From a virus, in IMG/VR virus record IMGVR_UViG_3300045988_130724, positions 12,203 to 76,202 of that record: DNA of 64,000 bases; one strand, 5' to 3'. Every line of letters starts with the position of its first letter. Positions within the stretch are counted from its first letter, which is position 1. Both the position numbers and the translations under genes were made by a program. The notes beneath the pieces were generated by a model. That model searched no databases. It worked only from the letters and a program-made list of their open reading frames with translations, and had not been told where the DNA came from. Positions 45,720-53,856 of the stretch are shown piece by piece.

Positions 45720-46901
45720 CTAAGCCTCCTTAAGCTCTCCATTGACTAGCATATACCATGTGTCAGCCTTAACCTTTTCCCCGTCAACTTCAAACGCCTT
45801 GACCTCCTTAATCGGGTAGGTATTACCGTTCCATTCTCCACGTTCTGCGAGGACTATCCAGCAACCTATAGCTCCCTTAGCCTTACACCCGTATCCGGCA
45901 GCAAGAGCAATGCTATCCTTGCCTGTGGCTGATGCTGCACCTCGGTCGCCGGTGGCTGATGCTGCACCATAGTTGCCGGTGGCTGATGCTGCACCTCGGT
46001 AGCCTGTGGCTGATGCTGCACCATAGTTGCCGGTAGCTGATGCTGCACCTCGGTCGCCGGTGGCTGATGCTGCACCTTGGTAGCCGGTGGCTGATGCTGC
46101 ACCTTGGTAGCCTGTGGCTGATGCTGCACCTTGGTAGCCGGTGGCTGATGCTGCACCTTGGTAGCCTGTGGCTGTCTTACCCTTCTTCCACTTGCATTTT
46201 TCAAACGTAAACTTAACGGCTGCGTCTACAATACTCTTAATACTTAGTTCCGCTCCTATGTGGATTTTTGAGCAAGCAATTTTCGTATCATCCGTATCTA
46301 CGTCCATATCGCCAGTCCCCTCAACCTCGTGAAACTTATTCATACCAACTGTGGCAGGTGGATAGTAACCGAACACGTCCAACGGATGGAGGCAGAAGTG
46401 AAATCCGTTACCGCAAGCCGTTATATCGCCTGTTTCTTCATAGTCCTTACCTTCTTCGTATTGGAAATCCCTACATGTCATATCGGGGTTAAAACCTTTG
46501 TAGCCTTTGATTTTGACAAACTCCTTTGGCAGGGTAACGTTATCCGGCAAGTTTGCTCTAAGTACCATGTACGCCATGTAGCTGGCATCAAATCCGGCTA
46601 TCCCGGTGCCAATGGCAGTTAGGAGAAATTCCTTTTCTGGGTGCTCGTTAGCGTAATTCCCGAAGTTCCCTAAAAATACGACCAACTCTTCTTCGGTAAC
46701 TTTCTGCATATCCTTGTCCAGCGTAGGAATGGCATAGGACTGACCTTGTATTCCTTCTGCCTGCCCCATAATTGCGCCAAATTTCTCAACTGCCAATCTA
46801 GCTGCACCTCCGGCGTGATTGCCGTTCATGTTGCTTCCAAAAACGAATATTTGATTTTCTTTCAGTTCCTGAATATTCTCAGGTGTTAATTCTCTTTTCA
46901 T
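45720..46901 (-). CDS. three-part protein: Rossmann-like GSN..G.H.GGAA domain, ACGNGFHFC domain, 9-aa tandem repeats
   Basis: The N-terminus IFVFGSNMNGNHAGGAARLA...GQSYAIPT resembles the family labelled A1S_2505 phage non-structural protein (LOG/DprA-like by my recollection). The centre has ACGNGFHFCLHP. Then nine GAASATGxx repeats. Confidence 0.7.
   Translation of the reverse strand: MKRELTPENIQELKENQIFVFGSNMNGNHAGGAARLAVEKFGAIMGQAEGIQGQSYAIPTLDKDMQKVTEEELVVFLGNFGNYANEHPEKEFLLTAIGTGIAGFDASYMAYMVLRANLPDNVTLPKEFVKIKGYKGFNPDMTCRDFQYEEGKDYEETGDITACGNGFHFCLHPLDVFGYYPPATVGMNKFHEVEGTGDMDVDTDDTKIACSKIHIGAELSIKSIVDAAVKFTFEKCKWKKGKTATGYQGAASATGYQGAASATGYQGAASATGYQGAASATGDRGAASATGNYGAASATGYRGAASATGNYGAASATGDRGAASATGKDSIALAAGYGCKAKGAIGCWIVLAERGEWNGNTYPIKEVKAFEVDGEKVKADTWYMLVNGELKEA
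45921..46172 (-). repeat. 27-bp tandem repeat, about 9.3 copies (coding)
   Basis: Unit ggtggctgatgctgcaccttggtagcc. Variation is confined to the 6 nt encoding the xx dipeptide (YQ, DR, NY, YR). Confidence 0.95.
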
Positions 46902-46931
46902 GATTCTTGTTTATTTCTGTATTACTTTTAA

Positions 46932-47282
46932 TTAATGGTTCCTACAAACTTCTCTAGGTTTCCACTCTGACGGTACTTTAGCCCACTCTCTGAATGCTTT
47001 ATCAAACCCATCAAGGTCAGAGAACATATCCATCTTGGCGGTATCAGTAGTAACGAGGGTGGAGAATTCCTTGAAATACTTATCGGCAACTTTTACGAAG
47101 TCATTGTGCAACTTTTTTAAATCTCCAAGCAGAAGGGAGTTCTCTGCCATTAAATCGCTCGCTTCCTCTACTAAGTTATTGGCTTCGCAATTCAACAGGT
47201 GAGCGGCTGAAAGCAGCATATTCAATCTATCTATGCTACCATTGGCTATGGCGGCATCTATTATTTTTTTCTTTGGTTTCAT
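46932..47282 (-). CDS. hypothetical protein
   Basis: 116 aa ORF. Confidence 0.55.
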   Translation of the reverse strand: MKPKKKIIDAAIANGSIDRLNMLLSAAHLLNCEANNLVEEASDLMAENSLLLGDLKKLHNDFVKVADKYFKEFSTLVTTDTAKMDMFSDLDGFDKAFREWAKVPSEWKPREVCRNH

Positions 47283-47294
47283 AATTGTATATTT

Positions 47295-47480
47295 TCACTT
47301 TACATTTCCTTTCATGCGGTTAATACTTTCGTTCTCCTTTTTATTAATTTTGTCAATCCACCTTTGGAATTTGGCAGCTACAAGAGGACAGTGGATGCGC
47401 AGGTTCCTGTCGCGTTCCGCTTCCCATTCACGTATCTTTATTAGCGTTTCGGTATTCATGATTCTTTTATTTTGTTTCAT
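47295..47480 (-). CDS. hypothetical protein
   Basis: 61 aa ORF with AGAGCAATG start context. Confidence 0.5.
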   Translation of the reverse strand: MKQNKRIMNTETLIKIREWEAERDRNLRIHCPLVAAKFQRWIDKINKKENESINRMKGNVK

Positions 47481-47538
47481 TGCTCTTATGTTTTATATAT
47501 TTCTGATTTACAGATATAAAGTTAGCTAATTTGCCATT

Positions 47539-47568
47539 TGTAAACAAACATTACTTCTTTTGTTTACA
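47539..47568 (-). promoter_or_regulatory. 10-bp perfect inverted repeat tgtaaacaaa-N10-tttgtttaca
   Basis: In the 176-nt gap between the 217-aa gene and the next operon. No U-tract, so an operator or an RNA hairpin are both possible. Confidence 0.35.
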
Positions 47569-47656
47569 CGGCTTTACAATTAATCAACATACTGAAAATC
47601 AGGCATTTATATTATTACCATTATACTTTAATTGTTCGCTACAAATTAGGCTACCC

Positions 47657-48310
47657 TCATGGTGACATCAGCATTTTTCTGGCTTCCTCATCTCCAGATT
47701 CCGCCCGACGTTTCAATTCGTTGTACAAAGTCAAAGAAGAATACCCTTCAGGTGGAATAAATTTTCTGTTCTCTATCTCATCCTGCACCCTTTTTCGGTT
47801 TATCGCGTCCAGTTCATAATTTCTTTCGGAATAGAACTCTTTGAAGAAGGCATTGCCTATTCTTCTGGCATCAAAGGATGCGAATGAATTATCATACTTC
47901 CCGGCCTTGTAGCGTGCAAAAAACAGCATCAGTTCAGAAAGCTTGTAAGCCTTGACCTGTGAGGCAAAGGACTGACAAAAGATTCTTATCCCATCGGCAA
48001 CGCCCTTTTCCTTGCTGTTGGAAGCCCCGAATATGCCGGACACCTGTATGTCAATCCAATATTCGGAAGAGCCATAGCCGTAAAGCGCATCATACTGCAT
48101 CAGCGATGGACAGTCTGCCATATAAGCTTTTTCCGGGTTCTGAAGGACATACCCCCACTGGACTGGTGAAAATACTCTTTCAACCTCAGAACGGTCTTTC
48201 CATTTGGTCAACCAGACCTTCTTCGAGGTCTCGCTTATGTTGTTGCAGCAAGCCAAGAGCGTAGGCGTTAGCTTCTTGTTTGCTTGTATAACTGCTCCGA
48301 TTGTTTCCAT
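47657..48310 (-). CDS. hypothetical replication-module protein
   Basis: 217 aa. The ATG at 48310 lies 125 nt inside the upstream ORF. No NTPase motif seen. Confidence 0.5.
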   Translation of the reverse strand: METIGAVIQANKKLTPTLLACCNNISETSKKVWLTKWKDRSEVERVFSPVQWGYVLQNPEKAYMADCPSLMQYDALYGYGSSEYWIDIQVSGIFGASNSKEKGVADGIRIFCQSFASQVKAYKLSELMLFFARYKAGKYDNSFASFDARRIGNAFFKEFYSERNYELDAINRKRVQDEIENRKFIPPEGYSSLTLYNELKRRAESGDEEARKMLMSP

Positions 48311-49124
48311 TGTTTCGTTGTTTTAGTTCAAATAATCCAGCCCAATTATTAGCCATAGACTGCTCAATTATCTGTGTTGCAACATTGGGATTGTTGTCGC
48401 AGAGCCTTAAAAGTTGCTTATAGCAGCTTTGCAAAGATTTCTCAGACTTATAGCTTTCTTTTCTTTGTCGTTTATATTCAAGCCATGTATTGAATATTTC
48501 CCGAAATTCATCTGCTACGAAATCAATCTTTGGCGGTTTCACTTCAGATGCTTTTATTGCAACCTCTCGCTTAATCAATTCCTGTTCTCGAGTATTAAGT
48601 CTTTCTTCCCAATCAGATAATTCCTTCTGCTTTTGAAGAATCTCCTCATCCCCAATTAGGGGGATTATAGGGGGGATATTATTATTTTCTTCTTCTACTT
48701 CTTCTTCTATTTTAGGAATGGATTGTTCCGTGATTAATCCGTGATTAATCCGTGATTGTTCAGTGATTTTATCTAAATTCTTAAATAATATCCCTTTAGG
48801 TACATTTACATCTTCAAAATTTGGCTTATTTATCTTTTGGTGCAGACTAAATTTAGGCAGATAGTAGAATTTCTCGTTGCGATACGAAAACAGACTAATA
48901 AATCCATTTCTTAGAATCTCCTGACAAATCTTCTCAAACTGTTGAATCTGTATTTGGTCAAAAGGAAATATTTTAGACTTCAACCAAACCACATCGGCAC
49001 GAATAATACCTAAGTCATCACAAAAATTCCACATACCTATATAGAGAAGCCGAGCATCCCTACTAATCTTAGCTATTTTAGAATCATCCCAAAACTGAGG
49101 CTTTATCATCCGATTTCTTGGCAT
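48186..49124 (-). CDS. replication initiator / replisome organiser-like protein
   Basis: 312 aa. The N-terminus MIKPQFWDDSKIAKISRDARLLYIGMWNFCDDLGI resembles phage replication-organiser N-termini. Has a coiled-coil centre. Confidence 0.5.
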   Translation of the reverse strand: MPRNRMIKPQFWDDSKIAKISRDARLLYIGMWNFCDDLGIIRADVVWLKSKIFPFDQIQIQQFEKICQEILRNGFISLFSYRNEKFYYLPKFSLHQKINKPNFEDVNVPKGILFKNLDKITEQSRINHGLITEQSIPKIEEEVEEENNNIPPIIPLIGDEEILQKQKELSDWEERLNTREQELIKREVAIKASEVKPPKIDFVADEFREIFNTWLEYKRQRKESYKSEKSLQSCYKQLLRLCDNNPNVATQIIEQSMANNWAGLFELKQRNNGNNRSSYTSKQEANAYALGLLQQHKRDLEEGLVDQMERPF

Positions 49125-49129
49125 AACAA

Positions 49130-49597
49130 TTACTGTATTTCATCCATACCAATATCAGCCCTGCGTTTTATTAATCTTTCAAAAATTCCACATTCAGCAG
49201 GGTGTAATTTATTATAAGTCTGAATCATACTATCATTAGGATCGGCTTCAATTCCACAAGAATATCTGCCTATATAAAACATTATCTCTTTATTGGTAAA
49301 TCCATAATACCTCATGTTGGTTATTATTTGATTAACCAATTCAGCATACTCATAATGTTCTTTATTATGGCAATCTTCACACAGTGTTATAAGCTGGTTA
49401 TCTTTATACTCCCATATTTTTCTTTTAGGGATATAAATAGTATGGTGAACATGAAGAGTCTTCTCTTTACAACCGCATATCTGACAAGTAAAATTATCCC
49501 TATTTAGGATTTCAAGACGCCTTTTCTGCCATTTAGGAGATTTAATTTGTTCCAAATAATAATTGTTATTGTCCATATAAAAAGTAATGGCTTTCAA
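49130..49597 (-). CDS. HNH endonuclease
   Basis: RDNFTCQICGCKEKTLHVHHTIY...LITLCEDCHNKEH. The track start is a TTG. An ATG at 49576 is the alternative. Confidence 0.75.
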   Translation of the reverse strand: MKAITFYMDNNNYYLEQIKSPKWQKRRLEILNRDNFTCQICGCKEKTLHVHHTIYIPKRKIWEYKDNQLITLCEDCHNKEHYEYAELVNQIITNMRYYGFTNKEIMFYIGRYSCGIEADPNDSMIQTYNKLHPAECGIFERLIKRRADIGMDEIQ

Positions 49598-49703
49598 GTT
49601 TCTATACCTTTGAAGTGGTGTTAAGGTATATACTCCGAGAAAGCCAGTTTAATATCTTATTTATCATCGAACACCACTAAGATGATTTATTATTTTCACG
49701 GTG

Positions 49704-49711
49704 TAAAGCTA
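49704..49711 (-). promoter_or_regulatory. -7-like box TAGCTTTA
   Basis: Plus strand reads taaagcta, upstream of the HNH/replication operon. Confidence 0.3.
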
Positions 49712-49772
49712 ATAAAAGTGGAGTAAAAACAATCACTTTATAACTATTATTTTTCCGTGATTAACTTTTTTT

Positions 49773-50162
49773 CTAATATCCAGTCTTATTTAACCGCAAA
49801 GCTTCCTTTTCATAGCTTAGCAAAGTGCGTAATGCATCTAACTGATGTGAAGTAGATGCACATAATCTTTCAAGCCTATCAACAACGAAGCATTCTTCTT
49901 CCGCTATACTATCAAGAAGAGCGTTTTGGACTTTCGCAGACAAACAATTCTCCCGAGCAATTTGGAGAATGGTATTCTGTATTTCATCAGACTTTCGCTT
50001 TCTTAGTTCTCGTTTAGCTTCAGCAAGCATTTCTCCACTTCTTATCGAATATACCATAATAGTAGATATACGGTCTTGTATTTCTACCGGATTATTTGAA
50101 CAAGTAATTTTCATATAATCACTCATTTCATCTATTTCTCTATAAAAATCTGTTGTTATCAT
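49773..50162 (-). CDS. hypothetical protein
   Basis: 129 aa ORF. Confidence 0.55.
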   Translation of the reverse strand: MITTDFYREIDEMSDYMKITCSNNPVEIQDRISTIMVYSIRSGEMLAEAKRELRKRKSDEIQNTILQIARENCLSAKVQNALLDSIAEEECFVVDRLERLCASTSHQLDALRTLLSYEKEALRLNKTGY

Positions 50163-50212
50163 ATTATTTAGTTTTAAATTACAATATACGCTTAGAACCA
50201 GTTATCTAATGC

Positions 50213-50422
50213 TCAATTCATACAGAAGTCAAGAAAAAACAGATTGCCTTTCTCTGCCCCGTATTTATCTATATGAGAGCCACAAGATTTCAGTTCTGAT
50301 ACCTTATGCTTTAAATTTTCGTTTTCAGCTTGCAAGCGATAACATTCTGCTTTGCATTGGGCATATTCCGTAAACGCCTTCAGCATTGCCATGTAATGAC
50401 TATAATCTATCTCTATCTTCAT
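50213..50422 (-). CDS. hypothetical coiled-coil protein
   Basis: 69 aa ORF. Confidence 0.5.
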   Translation of the reverse strand: MKIEIDYSHYMAMLKAFTEYAQCKAECYRLQAENENLKHKVSELKSCGSHIDKYGAEKGNLFFLDFCMN

Positions 50423-50617
50423 AACAATGTGTTTTTACTGTGATAATTACTCTAAACCTACCGCCCGAATTGACGGTAGGGTGTCATAAATGATAACGTT
50501 GGTTAACCCCCATACGGCACTTACGCTTTTTATATGTGGCAAAATATTTCTCATCAAACCTGCCCTAGGAATTACTTAGGGCAGGACACTTCCACGTGCT
50601 TCCATTGCTCTTAAATT

Positions 50618-50770
50618 CTATTCCCTGACCTTGTTTATTGAAAGTTCCGGGAACTTATTTCCTTTAACCTGCTCTGCCATTACATACATATAGCAGAAAT
50701 CGGCTGCTTGCTTATAAGTTTCAAACTTGAAAACAACATTTGAACCCTTTTTTGAGACCTTGTATTTCAT
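50618..50770 (-). CDS. hypothetical protein (50 aa, below ORF-track cutoff)
   Basis: Hand-translated: MKYKVSKKGSNVVFKFETYKQAADFCYMYVMAEQVKGNKFPELSINKVRE. Starts 10 nt after the upstream stop. Confidence 0.4.
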   Translation of the reverse strand: MKYKVSKKGSNVVFKFETYKQAADFCYMYVMAEQVKGNKFPELSINKVRE

Positions 50771-50780
50771 TGTATGTAGT

Positions 50781-51191
50781 TTATATTGGTTTCATTATAG
50801 CTCCATTAAGACGCTGTGTAGTTCTTATGTAATCATCAAGAAGCTCTTGTAATATGAAGTCCGGATAAACGTTCACAACACCGAAACGGTCTATGTTCAC
50901 CTTATTTACCGGATACCCCCTTTTCCTACACAGACGTGTAGCGTCATTGCCGAGCTTCGAAATGTCACTTACATAAATGGGGAGCTTATGCCTCTGCACG
51001 TATGCAGACATAGTGGAACACCCATATTCACCAATAGCTTTTCGGGAAAGTTTTTTAACCTCATCTTCTAGCGCGCCTAACCTTAGTTCTGTAGATTTTA
51101 GCCTGTTTTCCTGTTCCACATTGGTTTTGGCCAGTTGAAGAATCAATTCTGCCTGGCTCATTTCAACGGTTGAATTCAAAATATGATCCAT
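50781..51191 (-). CDS. hypothetical protein
   Basis: 136 aa ORF with AGAGCAATG start context. Confidence 0.55.
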   Translation of the reverse strand: MDHILNSTVEMSQAELILQLAKTNVEQENRLKSTELRLGALEDEVKKLSRKAIGEYGCSTMSAYVQRHKLPIYVSDISKLGNDATRLCRKRGYPVNKVNIDRFGVVNVYPDFILQELLDDYIRTTQRLNGAIMKPI

Positions 51192-51223
51192 TGCTCTATA
51201 TTTTTATATTAAAGTATTGTGTT

Positions 51224-51514
51224 TTATAAATTCATCGAACGGTTTATCGCTGTTCTTATATCGTTACGATAATCACGGTTCCAATCATTACGTCCCATGC
51301 GTGAACCGTAATAGGAACGGTAGTTTCTATAGTCACGATTGCCGTACTTCGATTTGTATTCGGCTGCACGCTTGGCGTTTTCTTCATTAATCTTTGCTGC
51401 TTCCTTAGCTTCAGCCCATGCTTTTTTAAGGCAGTAACTAAATGTAGCATTGAAGGTATGATTGAAAATGTAATGCGCTCTCTTCATTATGTCTGATAAA
51501 TTGTAACGTTTCAT
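51224..51514 (-). CDS. hypothetical Arg/Tyr/Asn-rich protein
   Basis: 96 aa. First gene behind the promoter at 51555-51586. Confidence 0.55.
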   Translation of the reverse strand: MKRYNLSDIMKRAHYIFNHTFNATFSYCLKKAWAEAKEAAKINEENAKRAAEYKSKYGNRDYRNYRSYYGSRMGRNDWNRDYRNDIRTAINRSMNL

Positions 51515-51554
51515 ATGGTTAGGAGTTAATTGTTATTAGTTCTTTTATTTGATG

Positions 51555-51586
51555 TAAAGATACAGTATTTACTGTATATTGCCAAA
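51555..51586 (-). promoter_or_regulatory. early-type promoter (-7 TATCTTTA, -33 TTTG)
   Basis: taaagata at 51555-51562, caaa at 51583-51586, 20-nt spacer. Confidence 0.5.
51561..51576. promoter_or_regulatory. palindromic operator candidate O1 (TACAGTA-TT-TACTGTA)
   Basis: Perfect 7-2-7 palindrome overlapping the -7 box of the leftward promoter. Confidence 0.45.
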
Positions 51587-51626
51587 CAAAACAACTATAA
51601 TATACTATCTCTTTTACATAAATTAA

Positions 51627-51642
51627 TATAGTATATACTGTA
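51627..51642. promoter_or_regulatory. palindromic operator candidate O2 (TATAGTA-TA-TACTGTA)
   Basis: Same 7-2-7 design with one mismatch, 19 nt upstream of the rightward -7 box. Confidence 0.4.
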
Positions 51643-51660
51643 TTCTTCATAAATAATCTG

Positions 51661-51668
51661 TATTTTTG
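51661..51668 (+). promoter_or_regulatory. -7 box TATTTTTG for the plus-strand HTH gene
   Basis: Matches TAnnTTTG, 18 nt before the ATG at 51686. Confidence 0.45.
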
Positions 51669-51685
51669 AAATCAAAAAGATAATT

Positions 51686-51970
51686 ATGAGAATAAAGGAA
51701 CTTTTAAAAGAGAAACATTACACACAACAAGAATTAGCAGATAAAATGAATGTAAGCCTATCTGCTGTTAGACAAATGGTTGCTGCTGAATCATTGACAA
51801 CTGCTACACTTGAAAAAATCGCCACTGCCCTCAACGTCCCCATGTGGCAGCTCTTCGCGTCCCCGGAAGAAGTGCAGCTACCGTCGAACGCTCTTTCTAT
51901 CAAATGCCCACATTGCGGAAACAAGTTCCCAGTTAGCGTGAATGTTGAACTTAAAACAGAAAACAGATAA
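51686..51970 (+). CDS. XRE-type HTH protein with C-terminal zinc ribbon
   Basis: YTQQELADKMNVSLSAVRQM is the HTH. IKCPHCGNKF is ribbon-like. Confidence 0.7.
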   Translation: MRIKELLKEKHYTQQELADKMNVSLSAVRQMVAAESLTTATLEKIATALNVPMWQLFASPEEVQLPSNALSIKCPHCGNKFPVSVNVELKTENR

Positions 51971-51984
51971 ACCAATAACAAGCT

Positions 51985-52416
51985 ATGAATGCAAGAGAAC
52001 TAAGGTTAGGCAACTATGTACGGCTTGCCAAAGATTTCAAGTTCGTCGAAACAAAGGCTCCTGCCGGAACTGTATGCAAGGTGGAAGCCATAAAGCGCAA
52101 CTCCTTGTACCTAGAATGTAAGGTAGGTGACGGAGTTTGCTACAGTGAAGTCCCGGTTCCTATAGTAGAGCCTATCCCACTGACAGAGGAATTACTCCTG
52201 AAAAGCGGATTTACAAAGGAATATGATGGATTCTCTTGCGGTATTGAATTATCATACGGACGTTACCTATATGACGATGGGGCAAATGGCGATAAACTAT
52301 TTGTATCTATAAACTGTGCCGAATATCCTTTATCCCATATTCCAATTGAATATCTAAACCAGCTGCAGAACGTGTATTTTGCGCTAACTGGAGAAGAACT
52401 GCAAGTAAATCTATGA
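51985..52416 (+). CDS. hypothetical protein
   Basis: 143 aa ORF, 14 nt after the HTH gene. Confidence 0.55.
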   Translation: MNARELRLGNYVRLAKDFKFVETKAPAGTVCKVEAIKRNSLYLECKVGDGVCYSEVPVPIVEPIPLTEELLLKSGFTKEYDGFSCGIELSYGRYLYDDGANGDKLFVSINCAEYPLSHIPIEYLNQLQNVYFALTGEELQVNL

Positions 52417-52417
52417 T

Positions 52418-52747
52418 ATGAAACGAATAAAACTCACAAAAGAGGAAAAAGGCACACTTAGGATTGTCGATATGTTCAACGGTAAATGCCCTTCCTTTTT
52501 CCCGTTGCACGCCTACAACTTATCCGTCCGTTCACTTGAAAGGAAAGGATTGGTCAAAGCTGCATATATGGAAGGTGGCGGGGTAGAAGATGCGCGAACC
52601 ACCGATGAAGGGAAGTTATACCTATGTGAGAATCCTAATTTACGAAACCCTATCAACTGGACTGTTATCGGAGTGATAGCCGGAATACTTTCTCTTATCG
52701 TGTCTGTTATAGCCTTATTTATAAGCTGTACCGTAATGTATAGATGA
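52418..52747 (+). CDS. membrane-anchored winged-helix-like protein
   Basis: 109 aa. LSVRSLERKGLVKA is wHTH-like. C-terminal TM segment WTVIGVIAGILSLIVSVIALFI. Confidence 0.5.
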   Translation: MKRIKLTKEEKGTLRIVDMFNGKCPSFFPLHAYNLSVRSLERKGLVKAAYMEGGGVEDARTTDEGKLYLCENPNLRNPINWTVIGVIAGILSLIVSVIALFISCTVMYR

Positions 52748-52751
52748 ATAT

Positions 52752-52773
52752 AAGGGATGCGAATGCACCCCTT
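52752..52773. terminator. bidirectional hairpin between convergent genes
   Basis: aagggatgc-gaat-gcacccctt (one mismatch), between the stops at 52747 (+) and 52785 (-). Confidence 0.45.
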
Positions 52774-52784
52774 TATTATATCAA

Positions 52785-53486
52785 CTAAGAATTAATAAGA
52801 TTGATGATACCTTGCCTACCAATTCCGGTAATCTTTCTATGGTAGATAATATGGCCATTGTCAGCAACCTCTTGCTTTATATCAAACCAGCCAAGGGTAG
52901 AGTATTTGGTGTATGGTACCCACGTCTGATTAACTTTGTATTGTACGCCAAGTTCTTTTAAACGGTTATTAAGTTCAATTGCTGATTTAAGCCCTAATTC
53001 TTTAGCAACCTCCGTACATGTATAGGTTTTATTGACATGAGTAAGAACGGCTACTTGTTTCTCTGCTTCAATGCGTGCCGACCGTTCTTCTTTTAGCTTA
53101 GTGAGAAGCTCAATACCGAAATCTGGATTATTCAATATCTGGTCAATAACATTGTCGGTAGCATATATGCCATGCTTGCGGATTGAAGGAAGGATTTCAC
53201 TAGTTACCCATTTACGGAAAGTTTTAGCCTGTGGCTTACGACTATCAAGTATTACGTCATACAAACCGTCTTCATTAATAAAAATCATTTCTTGTTGTCT
53301 ACCAAGAGAGTCCGGGATGACCTCATTAGTAATGACCTCACCACAAAGTCTTGTTTTTACTTGACTAGGATTTCCTAACTCCAAAACTTTGCAAACATCT
53401 GCAAGACAAAATAAAGGTTCTTCACTTGTTCCGGCTACACGAACTTCACCGAACGATTCATTCTTGAAAATCTGAATATTGTCCAT
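52785..53486 (-). CDS. Bro-N type antirepressor (second copy)
   Basis: MDNIQIFKNESFGEVRVAG...DGLYDVILDSRKPQAKTFRKWVTSEILPSIRKHGIY. The ATG at 53486 is preferred. The track start at 53519 is a GTG. Confidence 0.8.
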   Translation of the reverse strand: MDNIQIFKNESFGEVRVAGTSEEPLFCLADVCKVLELGNPSQVKTRLCGEVITNEVIPDSLGRQQEMIFINEDGLYDVILDSRKPQAKTFRKWVTSEILPSIRKHGIYATDNVIDQILNNPDFGIELLTKLKEERSARIEAEKQVAVLTHVNKTYTCTEVAKELGLKSAIELNNRLKELGVQYKVNQTWVPYTKYSTLGWFDIKQEVADNGHIIYHRKITGIGRQGIINLINS

Positions 53487-53513
53487 AATAAAGTCTTTTC
53501 GTTTGAGGACGTA

Positions 53514-53531
53514 CCGCACTTCTTCATGCGG
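53514..53531 (-). promoter_or_regulatory. 5' leader hairpin CCGCA-N8-TGCGG
   Basis: Covarying counterpart of 27508-27525. Confidence 0.35.
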
Positions 53532-53634
53532 AGATAAAAAGCGAAAGCCATGCAGGGGGTTGTGGCCTACACAGCTTTCTATATCTTAATCCTCTGATTA
53601 ATTCTAAATTTAATAAGTACAACCCAATGCACTG

Positions 53635-53679
53635 CAAATATACGGATAATTTTCAAAAGTGACACTTTAAGAGCCATTT
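53635..53679 (-). promoter_or_regulatory. -7 box TATATTTG plus AAGTG-N13-CATTT
   Basis: caaatata at 53635-53642. aagtg at 53657-53661 and cattt at 53675-53679. Homologous to the 27625-27659 region with a 10-nt insertion. Confidence 0.4.
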
Positions 53680-53688
53680 TTTTAAGAA

Positions 53689-53714
53689 AAAAAGAGAGGT
53701 GCAAATACACCCCT
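53689..53714 (-). terminator. rho-independent terminator after the VRR-NUC gene
   Basis: The minus strand reads AAGAGGGGUG-UAUUUG-CACCUCUCUU followed by UUUUUUC. Confidence 0.6.
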
Positions 53715-53856
53715 CTTATGAAGATACAGCATAACTTCACAGTTTTCCGTATCTTGATGATACATAAAAAGCGTAAGTGCCAAAAACATTTACATCATTA
53801 TTCTACAAGCTGAAAACAAAATGTCAAAGAGCGATTTATTTAAAATCAAGCATACA

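Noticed and set aside
45921-46172. The possibility that the 27-bp array, and the 18-bp array at 55737-56011, are CRISPR arrays.
   Set aside because: The units are directly abutting with no unique spacers. They lie inside ORFs, and no cas genes are present.
45866-46204. 112-aa ORF in an alternative frame across the 27-bp repeats.
   Set aside because: The frame stays open only because of the tandem repeat. The 393-aa frame has coherent flanking domains.
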